Shown: piece by piece, positions 20,212 through 29,987 of the stretch
Numbering within the stretch: position 1 is the stretch's first letter
Layout of the letters: each line of letters starts with the position of its first letter
Assembly (NCBI GenBank): GCA_036677065.1
Contig: JAKFBS010000011.1
Coordinates: forward strand, 160,001-224,000
Source: Bdellovibrio sp.
GTDB taxonomy: Bacteria > Bdellovibrionota > Bdellovibrionia > Bdellovibrionales > Bdellovibrionaceae
Reading direction: 5' to 3'
DNA: 64,000 nucleotides
Notes under the pieces: model-generated
Databases searched by the model: none
What the model was told of the DNA's origin: nothing
The model's input: only the letters and a program-made list of their open reading frames with translations
Made by a program: the position numbers and the translations under genes

Positions 20212-20240
20212 AAAAAGGGAGCCTCAAGCTCCCTTTTTTT
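20212..20240. terminator. Bidirectional intrinsic terminator
   Basis: AAAAAGGGAGC-CTCAA-GCTCCCTTTTTTT between convergent genes. Confidence 0.9.
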
Positions 20241-21831
20241 ATTTGTCTAAAGTTAATTCGACAAAAGTGGTATATGTCGGCCGCAAGGGAATTACAACCT
20301 GACGCTTTTTCAAACCAGGAATATCAATATCAACCTTTAATGGAAATGTTTTTTCAGTCCAGCCAACTGGATTAATTGATGTGGGTTTCCAGTTTACATC
20401 TGCAGGCTTTACGTTTCCTGTAAATTGCACATTCAATTGATTGGTCTCTTTAAAATGTTTCGCCACACGCGAACCCCATTCACGGTAACGTCCCAATTGA
20501 ATGCGGTAGTCTTGCGTTGGCGTTTCACGACTAATAAGGGCATCATCAAAGACTTCGACATCTTTATTAGCAGATTTTTTACGACCATATTGGTAATCGA
20601 CTTTTAAATACTTCGAAATGCCTTCGCTTTTTAAGAAATCTTTAGGCGGAATAAAATCTTTCGGCAACTGAATATTTACACTTAATTGAAAAGTACGCAT
20701 TTGATTCATTAAAGCATCGCTGGCTAATTTTCCAAACGATTCATCACCTGCATAAAGCTTTCCACGTAAAAATTCATAGTTACTTTGATTACAGCTATTT
20801 TCTTTTTCTTCACAGCGTGAAAGATGCGTAAATACAGGAGCATATGTTGGCTGATCACAGCTAGAAGTATCAATACATTTAACCGGAACCATCGCCATAC
20901 CATAAGATTTTTTACCGATCTTAGTATGAATGGTTTCAATTAATTTTAACTTCGGATCATGACTGAAATACTGAGAGTAATGAAAATCATTCATTGAAAC
21001 ATTATCTGGAATTGATTCTCGAATAGCTTTCATGATTGAATCACTATAAAAATAAAAACCTAACCGAGCACTCGGAACATTAACCACCTGATCAGACTCT
21101 AAGCGATGCCCCATATTCATTTTTTGCGATTGCAACGAGTTAACAGAATTAACGCCGGCGATATTTAACATATAAGGAGTATGTAAGCGTTCAACGTTCG
21201 CTGTGGATTTTTCACGAAAGAAAGTAAAAATTTTATTTGATGCCGTTGACATGTCACGCACCTCAAGCTTGCCAATCGCCATAATTTTATAGACTAGGTT
21301 TTGCATCCACTCGAATGGCAATTTGTCGTTAATGATGTGAGCCATGCTTGAACCCCAGAATGGCGTACCTTGCGTCACAATTGTCTTAACTTTGTCTGCA
21401 ATTTCATTTTGGCGGGCATCAGTTCCGGCAATAGTTTTCGCATACCAAAGAGTTGTCACTAAGCCACCCTGCGAGTGACAGACAATTGAAATTTTATCGT
21501 CTTTATCTAAACGATTGATTGCAAAAAACTGATCCAGAAAATTTTCAAAATCTTCAATAAACTGCGGCACATCAGCATCCATTCTGCCGGTTCCATATAA
21601 AAACGCCTGCGTAACTACTTCGTATTTTGGATCAGCATATTCAAGATGATTTTTTAAGTTCGGAAGCAGGCTGCCAAAAGTCGTTTCATTACCTGCTAGA
21701 CCGTGCACCGTAAAAATATAATGTTTTGCTGTGCGGGCTGGGTCTGAAGATGGTTCACGCGCGAACCATTTCGATAAACTTTGACAAGATAAACTGCTAA
21801 TCAAGATGACAAATAAAAATAGGTTTTTCAT
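20239..21831 (-). CDS. Alpha/beta-hydrolase (lipase/esterase-like) lipoprotein
   Basis: Start reassigned to ATG 21831 (MKNLFLFVILISSLSC lipobox); VHGLAG, CHSQGG nucleophile elbow, GTPFWGS, SDQVV. Confidence 0.8.
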   Translation of the reverse strand: MKNLFLFVILISSLSCQSLSKWFAREPSSDPARTAKHYIFTVHGLAGNETTFGSLLPNLKNHLEYADPKYEVVTQAFLYGTGRMDADVPQFIEDFENFLDQFFAINRLDKDDKISIVCHSQGGLVTTLWYAKTIAGTDARQNEIADKVKTIVTQGTPFWGSSMAHIINDKLPFEWMQNLVYKIMAIGKLEVRDMSTASNKIFTFFREKSTANVERLHTPYMLNIAGVNSVNSLQSQKMNMGHRLESDQVVNVPSARLGFYFYSDSIMKAIRESIPDNVSMNDFHYSQYFSHDPKLKLIETIHTKIGKKSYGMAMVPVKCIDTSSCDQPTYAPVFTHLSRCEEKENSCNQSNYEFLRGKLYAGDESFGKLASDALMNQMRTFQLSVNIQLPKDFIPPKDFLKSEGISKYLKVDYQYGRKKSANKDVEVFDDALISRETPTQDYRIQLGRYREWGSRVAKHFKETNQLNVQFTGNVKPADVNWKPTSINPVGWTEKTFPLKVDIDIPGLKKRQVVIPLRPTYTTFVELTLDK

Positions 21832-22003
21832 AGCCAACTTATCGTAATTCTCATAGACAAATTCGAGTCTAGTACACCATTGCCTGCCCCACTGTTGACC
21901 CCTAATTGTCACTTCTCAATCTGAGACACATTCTCTGCAATCTATTGAATTTGGCAAGCAAGCCGTTTGCTTTAATTAAGAGTAACCAAGGAGCCTTATC
22001 ATT

Positions 22004-25000
22004 ATGAGACATTTACAAACTATCGCGACATTCGTAGTTTTAATGACCTCATTGGCTGCTTTCGCTAATCCAACGATACTATCAACAACGACTCAATATG
22101 GCGATCAAGTGAACTTGGACATCGGCAATAATACACCTAAGCCTGACCCAAGTTTCTTACGCCGTTTACGCCAGGAATTAAATAAAATTGAAATGGAAGA
22201 AGCTAAAAAAAATCAGGGTGAGGGCACAAGACATGTGCTTCGCCATGTAAAAGCCCATTTTGTACCAGATAGTATTACATTCGCTATTGCCGGTGGTTTG
22301 GTTTATTTTACGCAATTGCAAATTGCCACTAAGTCAGATCCAGAATTAATGGTTAAGCACATTGAAGCATTAAAAGATCCTATTGCTCACATTTCATTTG
22401 CAGCCTTTATGGTCGCGAACGGGATCTACATCGACATGAAAACGCGTGGCTTAGATCCGATGACAAAACAATTAGCAATGAAAACACTGACCTACAAAGG
22501 TTTAGCGGTTGGTTCATTTGCTTCAAGCCTAACAGCAGATTTACTAGTCACAATGAAAGAGTGTACTAAAGGTTGGATCACTAATAAAAATGATCCCGCT
22601 TCTCAGGCCGCTTGTGATTATTCTTACAAACAATGGACGAATAGAAGTAAATATGTTCAATACACGACGCAAATTTTAGCACTTATTGTTGCGCAAAAGG
22701 CGACTGAAGTCGTTGAAGCCGGCACCCGTGGGATTGGCAGAACAGTTATTAAACCCGGAGCAAAAGCTCTTGAATCAACTTTTGTTAAACTTTTAAAAGT
22801 AAGTGCTGCGAATGTTGATCTGGCTTTTTCTGGTGGCACTTGGTGGATCAAAGCCATTCGCTGGGGCGGAAAATTAACTAAATTTAGTATGTTCTTAGCT
22901 GTTGATCACTATGTAGCCCCGCATGTGAACCGTGCAGGTAATAACCTACTGCAACCGGCATTCTTTGATTTCGATGCTATGGCCCTTGGAAAATCGCTGG
23001 CACGCGGAAGCAAACATAATTGGAATGTAACTGCCGCTGATAAAGCTAATGAGTCTTTTCAAAACTTTCCAAAACAGATCGAAAATTTTACTGAGCGTAT
23101 GGCGCAGTGGCGTATGCATTTAAATGCTAAGGCAGAGGCAAACCTTGCTGGCTGGTTAGATGTATCATCAAAGTTACTTCACCAAGTGGATTACTCTAAA
23201 AACTTTTACTTAAAATATGTTGATAATTTATTTGATACTTTGAATCGCCAGCATTTGATTAATCAAGGCGAATTCAACGATGCACCAAGCCGCGCTTGGG
23301 CTTTAGAAAGAAAATATCCTTTAAGACTTTTACCACTGTACGGTGTTAAGAGCGGTAAAGATTTTGGTGATCAGCCTGAAAATGATGTTTATGTATCACA
23401 TCCATTTCAGCTAGAACCAGCGCAAAATGAAATGGTTCAAAAAGTGGCCGCAGCTTTCTATCCTAAACTTCAAACTTTCGGAATGCCCGCTGAACATTTA
23501 GGTGAAGTTCAAAGATTAATTTCGCCTTTAACACAGAAACTATCTCCAGTAAGACAAGGTATTCAATTAGACAAAATCAATAGACGTTTAAAAATGCTTC
23601 CATTCATTAAAAAGAATGATGATCCAAATAAAGGAATTCGCACAGCTTTAGGACAATTTAAATCAGCTTTAGGCGATCCAAAGCCACAACTTAAAGAAGG
23701 CGCCGGATTTAACATGGCCTTTGATACTAACGTTGGAAACTACCAATCAGCTCAGACAGCTGGTTTCGATTTAAGAGCCAAAAACTTTGCTTTTGCCAAA
23801 ACTTCAGATTTGATGCTGTTAAAAATGATCTGCGGCGATAAACAAGCTAAAATCAAAGAAGGTACATTTACTGGTGTAACTTTCTACCCACCACGTATTG
23901 TTAATTACAATGGTGAATTAGATATCTGTAAAAATACTATCTACGGAAAAAATACGACAAGCGATACTTTACACGATTGGAAAATCGAAACAGACGGTAA
24001 AACTTTTGAGAGTCCGACTCGCTTTATAATGGCACGCATTTACCCACAAGTATTAGGTAACTGGCGCAGTGAAACTAAAGACGATAAGGGCATTGCTTTT
24101 GACCAGTGGTGGGTGAAAAGTATTCTACCGGGTTTACAAGCACAGCTTAAAAAAATGGATGCGCGCTATGGCCAAGTCGTTGCCGAAGCTGATCAGCAGC
24201 TCAATAACCACAGATCTTGGTATGACAAAACCATTGATAATGTTTTTACTGGCGAAGCTTACATGAAAGATAGAATGATATTAGATAATAATTTGGGCGA
24301 CAACTTGCGCTTCGAATTTGAATTCTATTTATCAGCCCTTAAAACAGTTCTTTTAAAAGAAAAAGTTGCCGCACAAAAAACAAACCATGAATATATTCTT
24401 GAAATTTCAAAACGCGCCAGAACAAATGGTTATATAATTCCAAATGTTTCTTCAGACAACGAATCTAAACGTTTAAAAACTAAATATAAGAGTTTGTTCG
24501 CCTTAGTAAAAGACGTTACTGCTGAAGATATTACGACTGTAGATGACCTATCAGAGAAAATTGTAATACCGGCTCGTGAATTAGTTGAAAAAGCAAAGAA
24601 AGATCCTAAAGATTTTCCTTCGATTGCCCAATACGAAAAAGCATTAAATACGTTAACTTCTGAATTAAATGTATTTCGCGTGAATGAATTAGAAATGAAT
24701 TACAAAAACTTCATGGCTTTATTACGCCTTAAATCATTGAAGTTTGAAGATATGATCGCCGCTAAAGAAAAACTTTATAAATCGAACACGATCATTTTCA
24801 GTGGCTTTAAACAAGTAGCTGAACTAGCTGGAGCAGAGGCTGAAACATTACCTGCTGATTTTAAAGCTATCTTGGCCATAGCAAATGGTTTAGAAGCGCT
24901 TGAAATTGAAGTGAATCGTTATTTGTTAATGAAAGTAAAACTAGCTGATCGCTTAGAGATCGATATGTCACAGCTTAATACTTTTTTAAAACACAGATCT

Positions 25001-25054
25001 TTGGCTCCTCAGCAAAGACAAGGTTCTAGAGCACACCAAACCGGCGGACAGTAA
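22004..25054 (+). CDS. Large exported hypothetical protein (1016 aa)
   Basis: AAGGAG RBS, signal peptide ending AFA, long uninterrupted ORF; no recognisable motif. Confidence 0.85.
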   Translation: MRHLQTIATFVVLMTSLAAFANPTILSTTTQYGDQVNLDIGNNTPKPDPSFLRRLRQELNKIEMEEAKKNQGEGTRHVLRHVKAHFVPDSITFAIAGGLVYFTQLQIATKSDPELMVKHIEALKDPIAHISFAAFMVANGIYIDMKTRGLDPMTKQLAMKTLTYKGLAVGSFASSLTADLLVTMKECTKGWITNKNDPASQAACDYSYKQWTNRSKYVQYTTQILALIVAQKATEVVEAGTRGIGRTVIKPGAKALESTFVKLLKVSAANVDLAFSGGTWWIKAIRWGGKLTKFSMFLAVDHYVAPHVNRAGNNLLQPAFFDFDAMALGKSLARGSKHNWNVTAADKANESFQNFPKQIENFTERMAQWRMHLNAKAEANLAGWLDVSSKLLHQVDYSKNFYLKYVDNLFDTLNRQHLINQGEFNDAPSRAWALERKYPLRLLPLYGVKSGKDFGDQPENDVYVSHPFQLEPAQNEMVQKVAAAFYPKLQTFGMPAEHLGEVQRLISPLTQKLSPVRQGIQLDKINRRLKMLPFIKKNDDPNKGIRTALGQFKSALGDPKPQLKEGAGFNMAFDTNVGNYQSAQTAGFDLRAKNFAFAKTSDLMLLKMICGDKQAKIKEGTFTGVTFYPPRIVNYNGELDICKNTIYGKNTTSDTLHDWKIETDGKTFESPTRFIMARIYPQVLGNWRSETKDDKGIAFDQWWVKSILPGLQAQLKKMDARYGQVVAEADQQLNNHRSWYDKTIDNVFTGEAYMKDRMILDNNLGDNLRFEFEFYLSALKTVLLKEKVAAQKTNHEYILEISKRARTNGYIIPNVSSDNESKRLKTKYKSLFALVKDVTAEDITTVDDLSEKIVIPARELVEKAKKDPKDFPSIAQYEKALNTLTSELNVFRVNELEMNYKNFMALLRLKSLKFEDMIAAKEKLYKSNTIIFSGFKQVAELAGAEAETLPADFKAILAIANGLEALEIEVNRYLLMKVKLADRLEIDMSQLNTFLKHRSLAPQQRQGSRAHQTGGQ

Positions 25055-25148
25055 TGTCTAAGCATTTAACACTGACGACGCGATTGGCGGCTTTGGTGTT
25101 TCAAAATGAGATAATACGCTCTGGAAGTGCATTTAAAACGATTTAAGT

Positions 25149-25164
25149 AGGCATTAAAATTGAA
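25149..25164 (+). promoter_or_regulatory. Sigma54-like -24/-12 element
   Basis: AGGCATTAAAATTGAA vs consensus TGGCACGNNNNTTGCW; spacing correct, -12 imperfect. Confidence 0.45.
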
Positions 25165-25203
25165 ATTACTTTAAACGAAGAATTAAAAAACGGAGATTTG
25201 AAC

Positions 25204-25776
25204 ATGAAAAAATTAATAATCTTAGCCATTCTGGTAGCTTCAAACATCGCTTTAGCGCAAGTTAGAGAAGTGAATAAGCCTTTGTCTCGCGAGCAAGCAC
25301 GCCGTGCAAACGTTGAGCGCAAAGAGACTAAAGATTATTTAGAAGCCGTTAAAAAAGGTAAAGTTACTCAGCCAATCAGAGCAGCTCTAGTTAAGCTTTT
25401 AAGTGATGCTACATCTAAAATCGGTGGTGTCGACTCTACTAATTTAGAATCTTTAATTTCTACCCGCCCAGAAACTTTAGACAAGGTAACTCAATTAATC
25501 AGTCTTCACAGAGATGGTACTGTTGAGCAAAAATCAAAAGCAGCCACTGACTTAAAAATCTTAAGCGAAGGTTCTAAATATGAATTAACGAAAGAAAGTG
25601 CTGAGATTTTAGAAAAAATCACTGAAATGGCCGAATACAACGAAGCGGCAAAACAATTTAAAGCTGAATTAATCAAGACTTTAAGACTTGGTAAGGCTAA
25701 ATCAATCGAAGAAGCTATTAAAATCGCCTCAAACGGTAAAATCACTTTAGAAAAAATTAAGGAATGCATCATTTAA
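25204..25776 (+). CDS. Exported helical hypothetical protein
   Basis: GGAG RBS; MKKLIILAILVASNIALA signal peptide. Confidence 0.8.
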   Translation: MKKLIILAILVASNIALAQVREVNKPLSREQARRANVERKETKDYLEAVKKGKVTQPIRAALVKLLSDATSKIGGVDSTNLESLISTRPETLDKVTQLISLHRDGTVEQKSKAATDLKILSEGSKYELTKESAEILEKITEMAEYNEAAKQFKAELIKTLRLGKAKSIEEAIKIASNGKITLEKIKECII

Positions 25777-25798
25777 TAAAATTGTGTAACCTTGTTGC

Positions 25799-26380
25799 AT
25801 GATTGAATGGCTATCAAACTTAGAAAAATCGATGTTACTTTGGATTCACCAAACAAACTCGAACTCTATCTTTGATGGCCTTTTTCCGTTTTATACCGAC
25901 ATTCATAAAATTAACTGGTTTATTATACCTGCCGTTTTAATTCTGCTTTATTTTTTCATTCATAGATACAAACGCGCCGGATTAACTTATTTCTTATTCT
26001 TGGCTTTAAGCATGGGTATCAGCGACTTTGCCGGAAAAAACGTAAAAAACAATTATCCCCGTATGCGTCCCTATACGGTTAAAGAACTGCAAATCACCGA
26101 AAAAAGCCCGGCAGGACCTACAAGTAGTTTTTATTCTAATCACACTTCAAATATGTTTACCTTTGCTACTTACACGAGTCATTTTTTTCCGACAGCTAAA
26201 CTATTATTCTTTGCCTTAGCTTTTTTAACTGGATATTCGCGCATGTATAATGGCGTTCACTACCCATCTGATGTTTTAGCTGGCGCGCTCATGGGCTTAC
26301 TTATCGGCTGGCTACTTGCCCGCCTAGCTAAAAAAATAGTTTATAAAATTCATTATTCGCATTTGGAGAAAAATCCATGA
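25799..26380 (+). CDS. PAP2-family membrane phosphatase
   Basis: KNNYPRMRP, YSNH (PSGH variant), SRMYNGVHYPSD. Confidence 0.9.
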   Translation: MIEWLSNLEKSMLLWIHQTNSNSIFDGLFPFYTDIHKINWFIIPAVLILLYFFIHRYKRAGLTYFLFLALSMGISDFAGKNVKNNYPRMRPYTVKELQITEKSPAGPTSSFYSNHTSNMFTFATYTSHFFPTAKLLFFALAFLTGYSRMYNGVHYPSDVLAGALMGLLIGWLLARLAKKIVYKIHYSHLEKNP

Positions 26381-27345
26381 AAACAATAGTCACTGGCGCT
26401 AATGGTTTTTTAGGTTCTTGGTTGTGCAAGCGTCTGTTAGATGAAGGACATGAAGTTACAGCCCTGGTTCGTAAAACCAGCGACTTAAGCGAAATTGAAC
26501 ATTTAAAATTAAATTATGAATACGGCGATGTGACCAACAAAACATCTCTACAAACCGCTTTTAAAAATAAAGACTATGTTTTTCATTTAGCTGGATTAAT
26601 CGCTTATAAAAAAGCTGATCGCCCAATGATGGACAAAGTAAATATCGGCGGAACACAAAACGTAGTCGATGTTTTAACTGAACAAAAGCAAGCTAAACTT
26701 TTAAATCTATCTTCAGTGGTTGCTGTAGGCGCTAGTTTTACTCCCAAAGAATTAACTGAAGAATCTCCGTACACGATCCACAAATTAAACTTAGGTTATT
26801 TTGAAACCAAGCACACCGCTGAAAAAATTGTATGTGCGGCTGCTAAAGAAAATAAAATACATGCGATCAATGTTAATCCAAGTACGATCTACGGTTTTGG
26901 CGATGCTAAAAAAGGCAGCCGCAAAACCCAAGTTAAAGTCGCGCGCGGAAAGTTTCCGTTCTATACCGGCGGTGGCGTTAATGTGGTCGCAGCCGAAGAC
27001 GTTACTGATGGCATTATGAAAGCGATCGCAAAAGGCCGCAGTGGCGAACGTTATTTATTAACTTCAGAGAACATGACGATCAAAGAATTATTCACAAAAA
27101 TTGCTGGTTTTGCCGGAGTCAAACCGCCTAAGATTTTAATGCCGTTTCCGGTGTTAAAACTAATCGGCCAAATCGGCGATTTAACGGGTTCTGGTTTGTC
27201 TGTAGAAAATGCTTATACCGCATCGATGTATCACTGGTTTAACTGCGATAAGGCAAAAAAAGAACTTGGCTTTAGTCCGAGACCCTCTGATATTGCCATC
27301 GAAAACAGTGTACGCTGGATGAAAGATCACGGTTATTTGGACTAA
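26377..27345 (+). CDS. NAD-dependent epimerase/dehydratase (extended SDR, dihydroflavonol-reductase/HpnA-like)
   Basis: TGANGFLG, VFHLAG, YFETK. Confidence 0.9.
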   Translation: MKTIVTGANGFLGSWLCKRLLDEGHEVTALVRKTSDLSEIEHLKLNYEYGDVTNKTSLQTAFKNKDYVFHLAGLIAYKKADRPMMDKVNIGGTQNVVDVLTEQKQAKLLNLSSVVAVGASFTPKELTEESPYTIHKLNLGYFETKHTAEKIVCAAAKENKIHAINVNPSTIYGFGDAKKGSRKTQVKVARGKFPFYTGGGVNVVAAEDVTDGIMKAIAKGRSGERYLLTSENMTIKELFTKIAGFAGVKPPKILMPFPVLKLIGQIGDLTGSGLSVENAYTASMYHWFNCDKAKKELGFSPRPSDIAIENSVRWMKDHGYLD

Positions 27346-27372
27346 GTCCAATTACTGTAATAATAGAGACTA

Positions 27373-28233
27373 ATGAAAATATTTTTTCTTATCATACTTT
27401 TATCAGTGGCCTCAGCTGCGGGATTTGTCTTCTGGCAAATTCCTTCGCAAGAGACGATCAAAGGGTGTTTCAAAACATCGATGTATGGTATTGATCTGTG
27501 CCCAACAGAAAAAAGCTACGTAAAACTTAAAAATATTTCTTCTAAATTACAGCGCGCCATTTTACTCACTGAAGATTCTGCCTTTTACACACATAAAGGT
27601 TTTGATGAAGAAGGTTTAACCCGTTGTTATGAAAAATTAAAAGAAACCGGTAAAATCACTTGTGGCGGATCAACGATCACCCAACAGCTGGCGAAAAACT
27701 TATTTCTTTACAAAGATAAGACATTTATTCGTAAAGGCTTAGAAGCTTTAATCACAATCAAGCTAGAAAAAACTCTGACTAAAAAAGAAATCTTAGAGCG
27801 CTATTTAAATGTGGTGCAATTTGGCAAAAATATTTACGGTGTAAAACAAGCGGCACTGTTTTATTTTAAAAAACACCCCTCAGAATTAGATGTCGTTGAA
27901 TCTGCCTTTTTAGCTATGGTTTTACCAAATCCAGAAAAATATTCACAAAGTTATTATCGTAAAGATCTAACTCGTTTTGCCAGAAAAAGATTATCAGGCA
28001 TTATTAAAGATATGCACCGCTATAAATCGTTAAATGACGATGACTATTTCTTAGCAATGGGAAAACTTGAGTATTTTCTAACTGCAGGACAAGCCACTAT
28101 TAACACGGCCCCTGAAGAATTATCATCTGATGATTTAAATGAAATGTTAGATGGCGTTGAAGAAACGACCATTCCGGATGCGACAGCAACGGCTGAGCCG
28201 CCTACCGAAACTGCCGAACCTGCTAATAATTAA
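27373..28233 (+). CDS. mtgA: Monofunctional peptidoglycan transglycosylase (GT51)
   Basis: EDSAFYTHKG, GGSTITQQLAKNL, RKGLE, KEILERYLN; no transpeptidase domain. Confidence 0.88.
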   Translation: MKIFFLIILLSVASAAGFVFWQIPSQETIKGCFKTSMYGIDLCPTEKSYVKLKNISSKLQRAILLTEDSAFYTHKGFDEEGLTRCYEKLKETGKITCGGSTITQQLAKNLFLYKDKTFIRKGLEALITIKLEKTLTKKEILERYLNVVQFGKNIYGVKQAALFYFKKHPSELDVVESAFLAMVLPNPEKYSQSYYRKDLTRFARKRLSGIIKDMHRYKSLNDDDYFLAMGKLEYFLTAGQATINTAPEELSSDDLNEMLDGVEETTIPDATATAEPPTETAEPANN

Positions 28234-28970
28234 TTAACTAATTTTTTTCTGAATAGGCGTAGGCCGATAAAACTAAAGATCACTAAATACGCAACAAGTA
28301 CCGCAACGTGACCCAGATCGATCCAACCGATTTCTTTATACAATACTGTACGCACTAAACGGACCGCATGTGCCAACGGAAAAATATAAGCCGCAGTTTT
28401 TAAATAGTATGGAATTTCATCTAATGAAAAATACGTTCCACTGATCATCGAAAGCGGCACGATCACACCAGATGTAGAAAAAACAAAACTATCGTAGTTT
28501 TTAGCAATCGAAATCATAATCATACCAAATGATGCAAACACTAAACTCAATAAAAACAGAATCGGCGCAACTACGAAAAAATTTGGATTAAATAAGCCAA
28601 ATAACGAAGAAATTAGAAACACCCCTAAGACACCTAAAAATCCCTTAGTGGCAGCCCATAACATTTCACCATAAAATATGTGTTGTGTAGAAACCGGAGT
28701 TAACAACATAGCCGCATAAGTTTTTTGATGAGTCATTTTCGTATAATTAGGATAAGTCGATTCAAAGTACGCCACCATCATCGCCGTCGTACACAATAAG
28801 CCCGCAAAATAGAACTGCAAAAACGACATGCCTTCAATTGAAGAAATGTAATGACCAAAGCCAAAACCAAAAGCGCCTAAAAACATTAGTGGCTCTAGTG
28901 TCGTCCAAAAAAGAGAGACGACAAAAGTTTTACGAAAAAATAAAAAATTACGAAGCCAAACATTATACAT
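28230..28970 (-). CDS. ABC-2 permease (NodJ-like)
   Basis: Six TM segments; LEPLMFLGAFGFG, QKTYAAMLLTP, PLAHAV. Confidence 0.88.
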   Translation of the reverse strand: MYNVWLRNFLFFRKTFVVSLFWTTLEPLMFLGAFGFGFGHYISSIEGMSFLQFYFAGLLCTTAMMVAYFESTYPNYTKMTHQKTYAAMLLTPVSTQHIFYGEMLWAATKGFLGVLGVFLISSLFGLFNPNFFVVAPILFLLSLVFASFGMIMISIAKNYDSFVFSTSGVIVPLSMISGTYFSLDEIPYYLKTAAYIFPLAHAVRLVRTVLYKEIGWIDLGHVAVLVAYLVIFSFIGLRLFRKKLVN

Positions 28971-28972
28971 GT

Positions 28973-29893
28973 TTAGCTCTTTTCACGGATTTGATATCCG
29001 GCCAATTTTAAAAACACATCATTCAAATTCGCAGAGCGCACGTAATAATGCGTGTTTTGAATATGACTGATAAAACTTTGTTTTGATTCAGCAGTTTCAA
29101 AAAATATAAAGATGTTGTCTTCATACTCTTGAAATTTAAGCCCTGCTTGTTCAACTTTACTTAACCAATAGCCTTTTTCATCGCCGACATGAAGTTCGAT
29201 CACTTCAGTGCCTATGTGCTTTAAGATAAGTTCTTTAGCTGTGCCCTGATCTAAAATAACCCCATGATCGATCATAATAATACGATCACAAAGGCGTTCA
29301 GCTTCTTCCATATAATGCGTCGTTAACACCAGCGTTGTGTTATTCGCCTTTAAACGTTCAAAGTAATTCCAAATCCATAAACGCGCCTGCGGATCAAGGC
29401 CCGTCGTTGGCTCATCCATCAGAATGAATTGCGGTTTATGAATCAGGGCGCGCGCAATCGCTAAACGGCGCTTCATTCCGCCACTCAAGGCTTCGACTTG
29501 CTTGTGCTTAAATTCAGATAATTTCATCTCGGCTAACAAATGCTCTGCCTGAGCATGCGCAAGATCGCTATCCATATTGTGATAACGGGCAAATAATAAT
29601 AAATTTTCAAGCGCACTGAAATCTGTGTCTAAACAATCTTCTTGTGGCACAACGCCGATGCGCGAACGAATTTGGGTGATGTCATTTTTAGTATTTAAAC
29701 CAAGAACTAATAATTCACCTGCAGTTGGAATCACTTGGCCATAGATCATTTTAATCGTCGTGGTTTTACCGGCGCCGTTAGGTCCAAGGATGCCAACACA
29801 TTCGCCAGGTTTAATATCAAAAGAGATTCCATTAACTACTGGAATACCATCGTAATTTTTTTTAAGCCCAATGGCGTTCAATGCTAATGACAT
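28973..29893 (-). CDS. ABC transporter ATP-binding protein (NodI-like)
   Basis: GPNGAGKTT, LSGGMKRR, DEPTTGLDPQAR. Confidence 0.92.
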   Translation of the reverse strand: MSLALNAIGLKKNYDGIPVVNGISFDIKPGECVGILGPNGAGKTTTIKMIYGQVIPTAGELLVLGLNTKNDITQIRSRIGVVPQEDCLDTDFSALENLLLFARYHNMDSDLAHAQAEHLLAEMKLSEFKHKQVEALSGGMKRRLAIARALIHKPQFILMDEPTTGLDPQARLWIWNYFERLKANNTTLVLTTHYMEEAERLCDRIIMIDHGVILDQGTAKELILKHIGTEVIELHVGDEKGYWLSKVEQAGLKFQEYEDNIFIFFETAESKQSFISHIQNTHYYVRSANLNDVFLKLAGYQIREKS

Positions 29894-29927
29894 ACAAAAA
29901 GTCTAACAGGACAAATCAAAAGCACAA

Positions 29928-29960
29928 ATAAAAAACCCGGTTATTACACCGGGTTTTTAT
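29928..29960 (-). terminator. Intrinsic terminator of typA
   Basis: AAAAAACCCGG-TTATTACA-CCGGGTTTTT. Confidence 0.9.
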
Positions 29961-29987
29961 TTAACTGCGATTATAAATCGACACTAA

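Noticed and set aside
28230..29893. NodI/NodJ similarity as evidence of Nod-factor export
   Set aside because: Family is widespread and no nodABC genes are present
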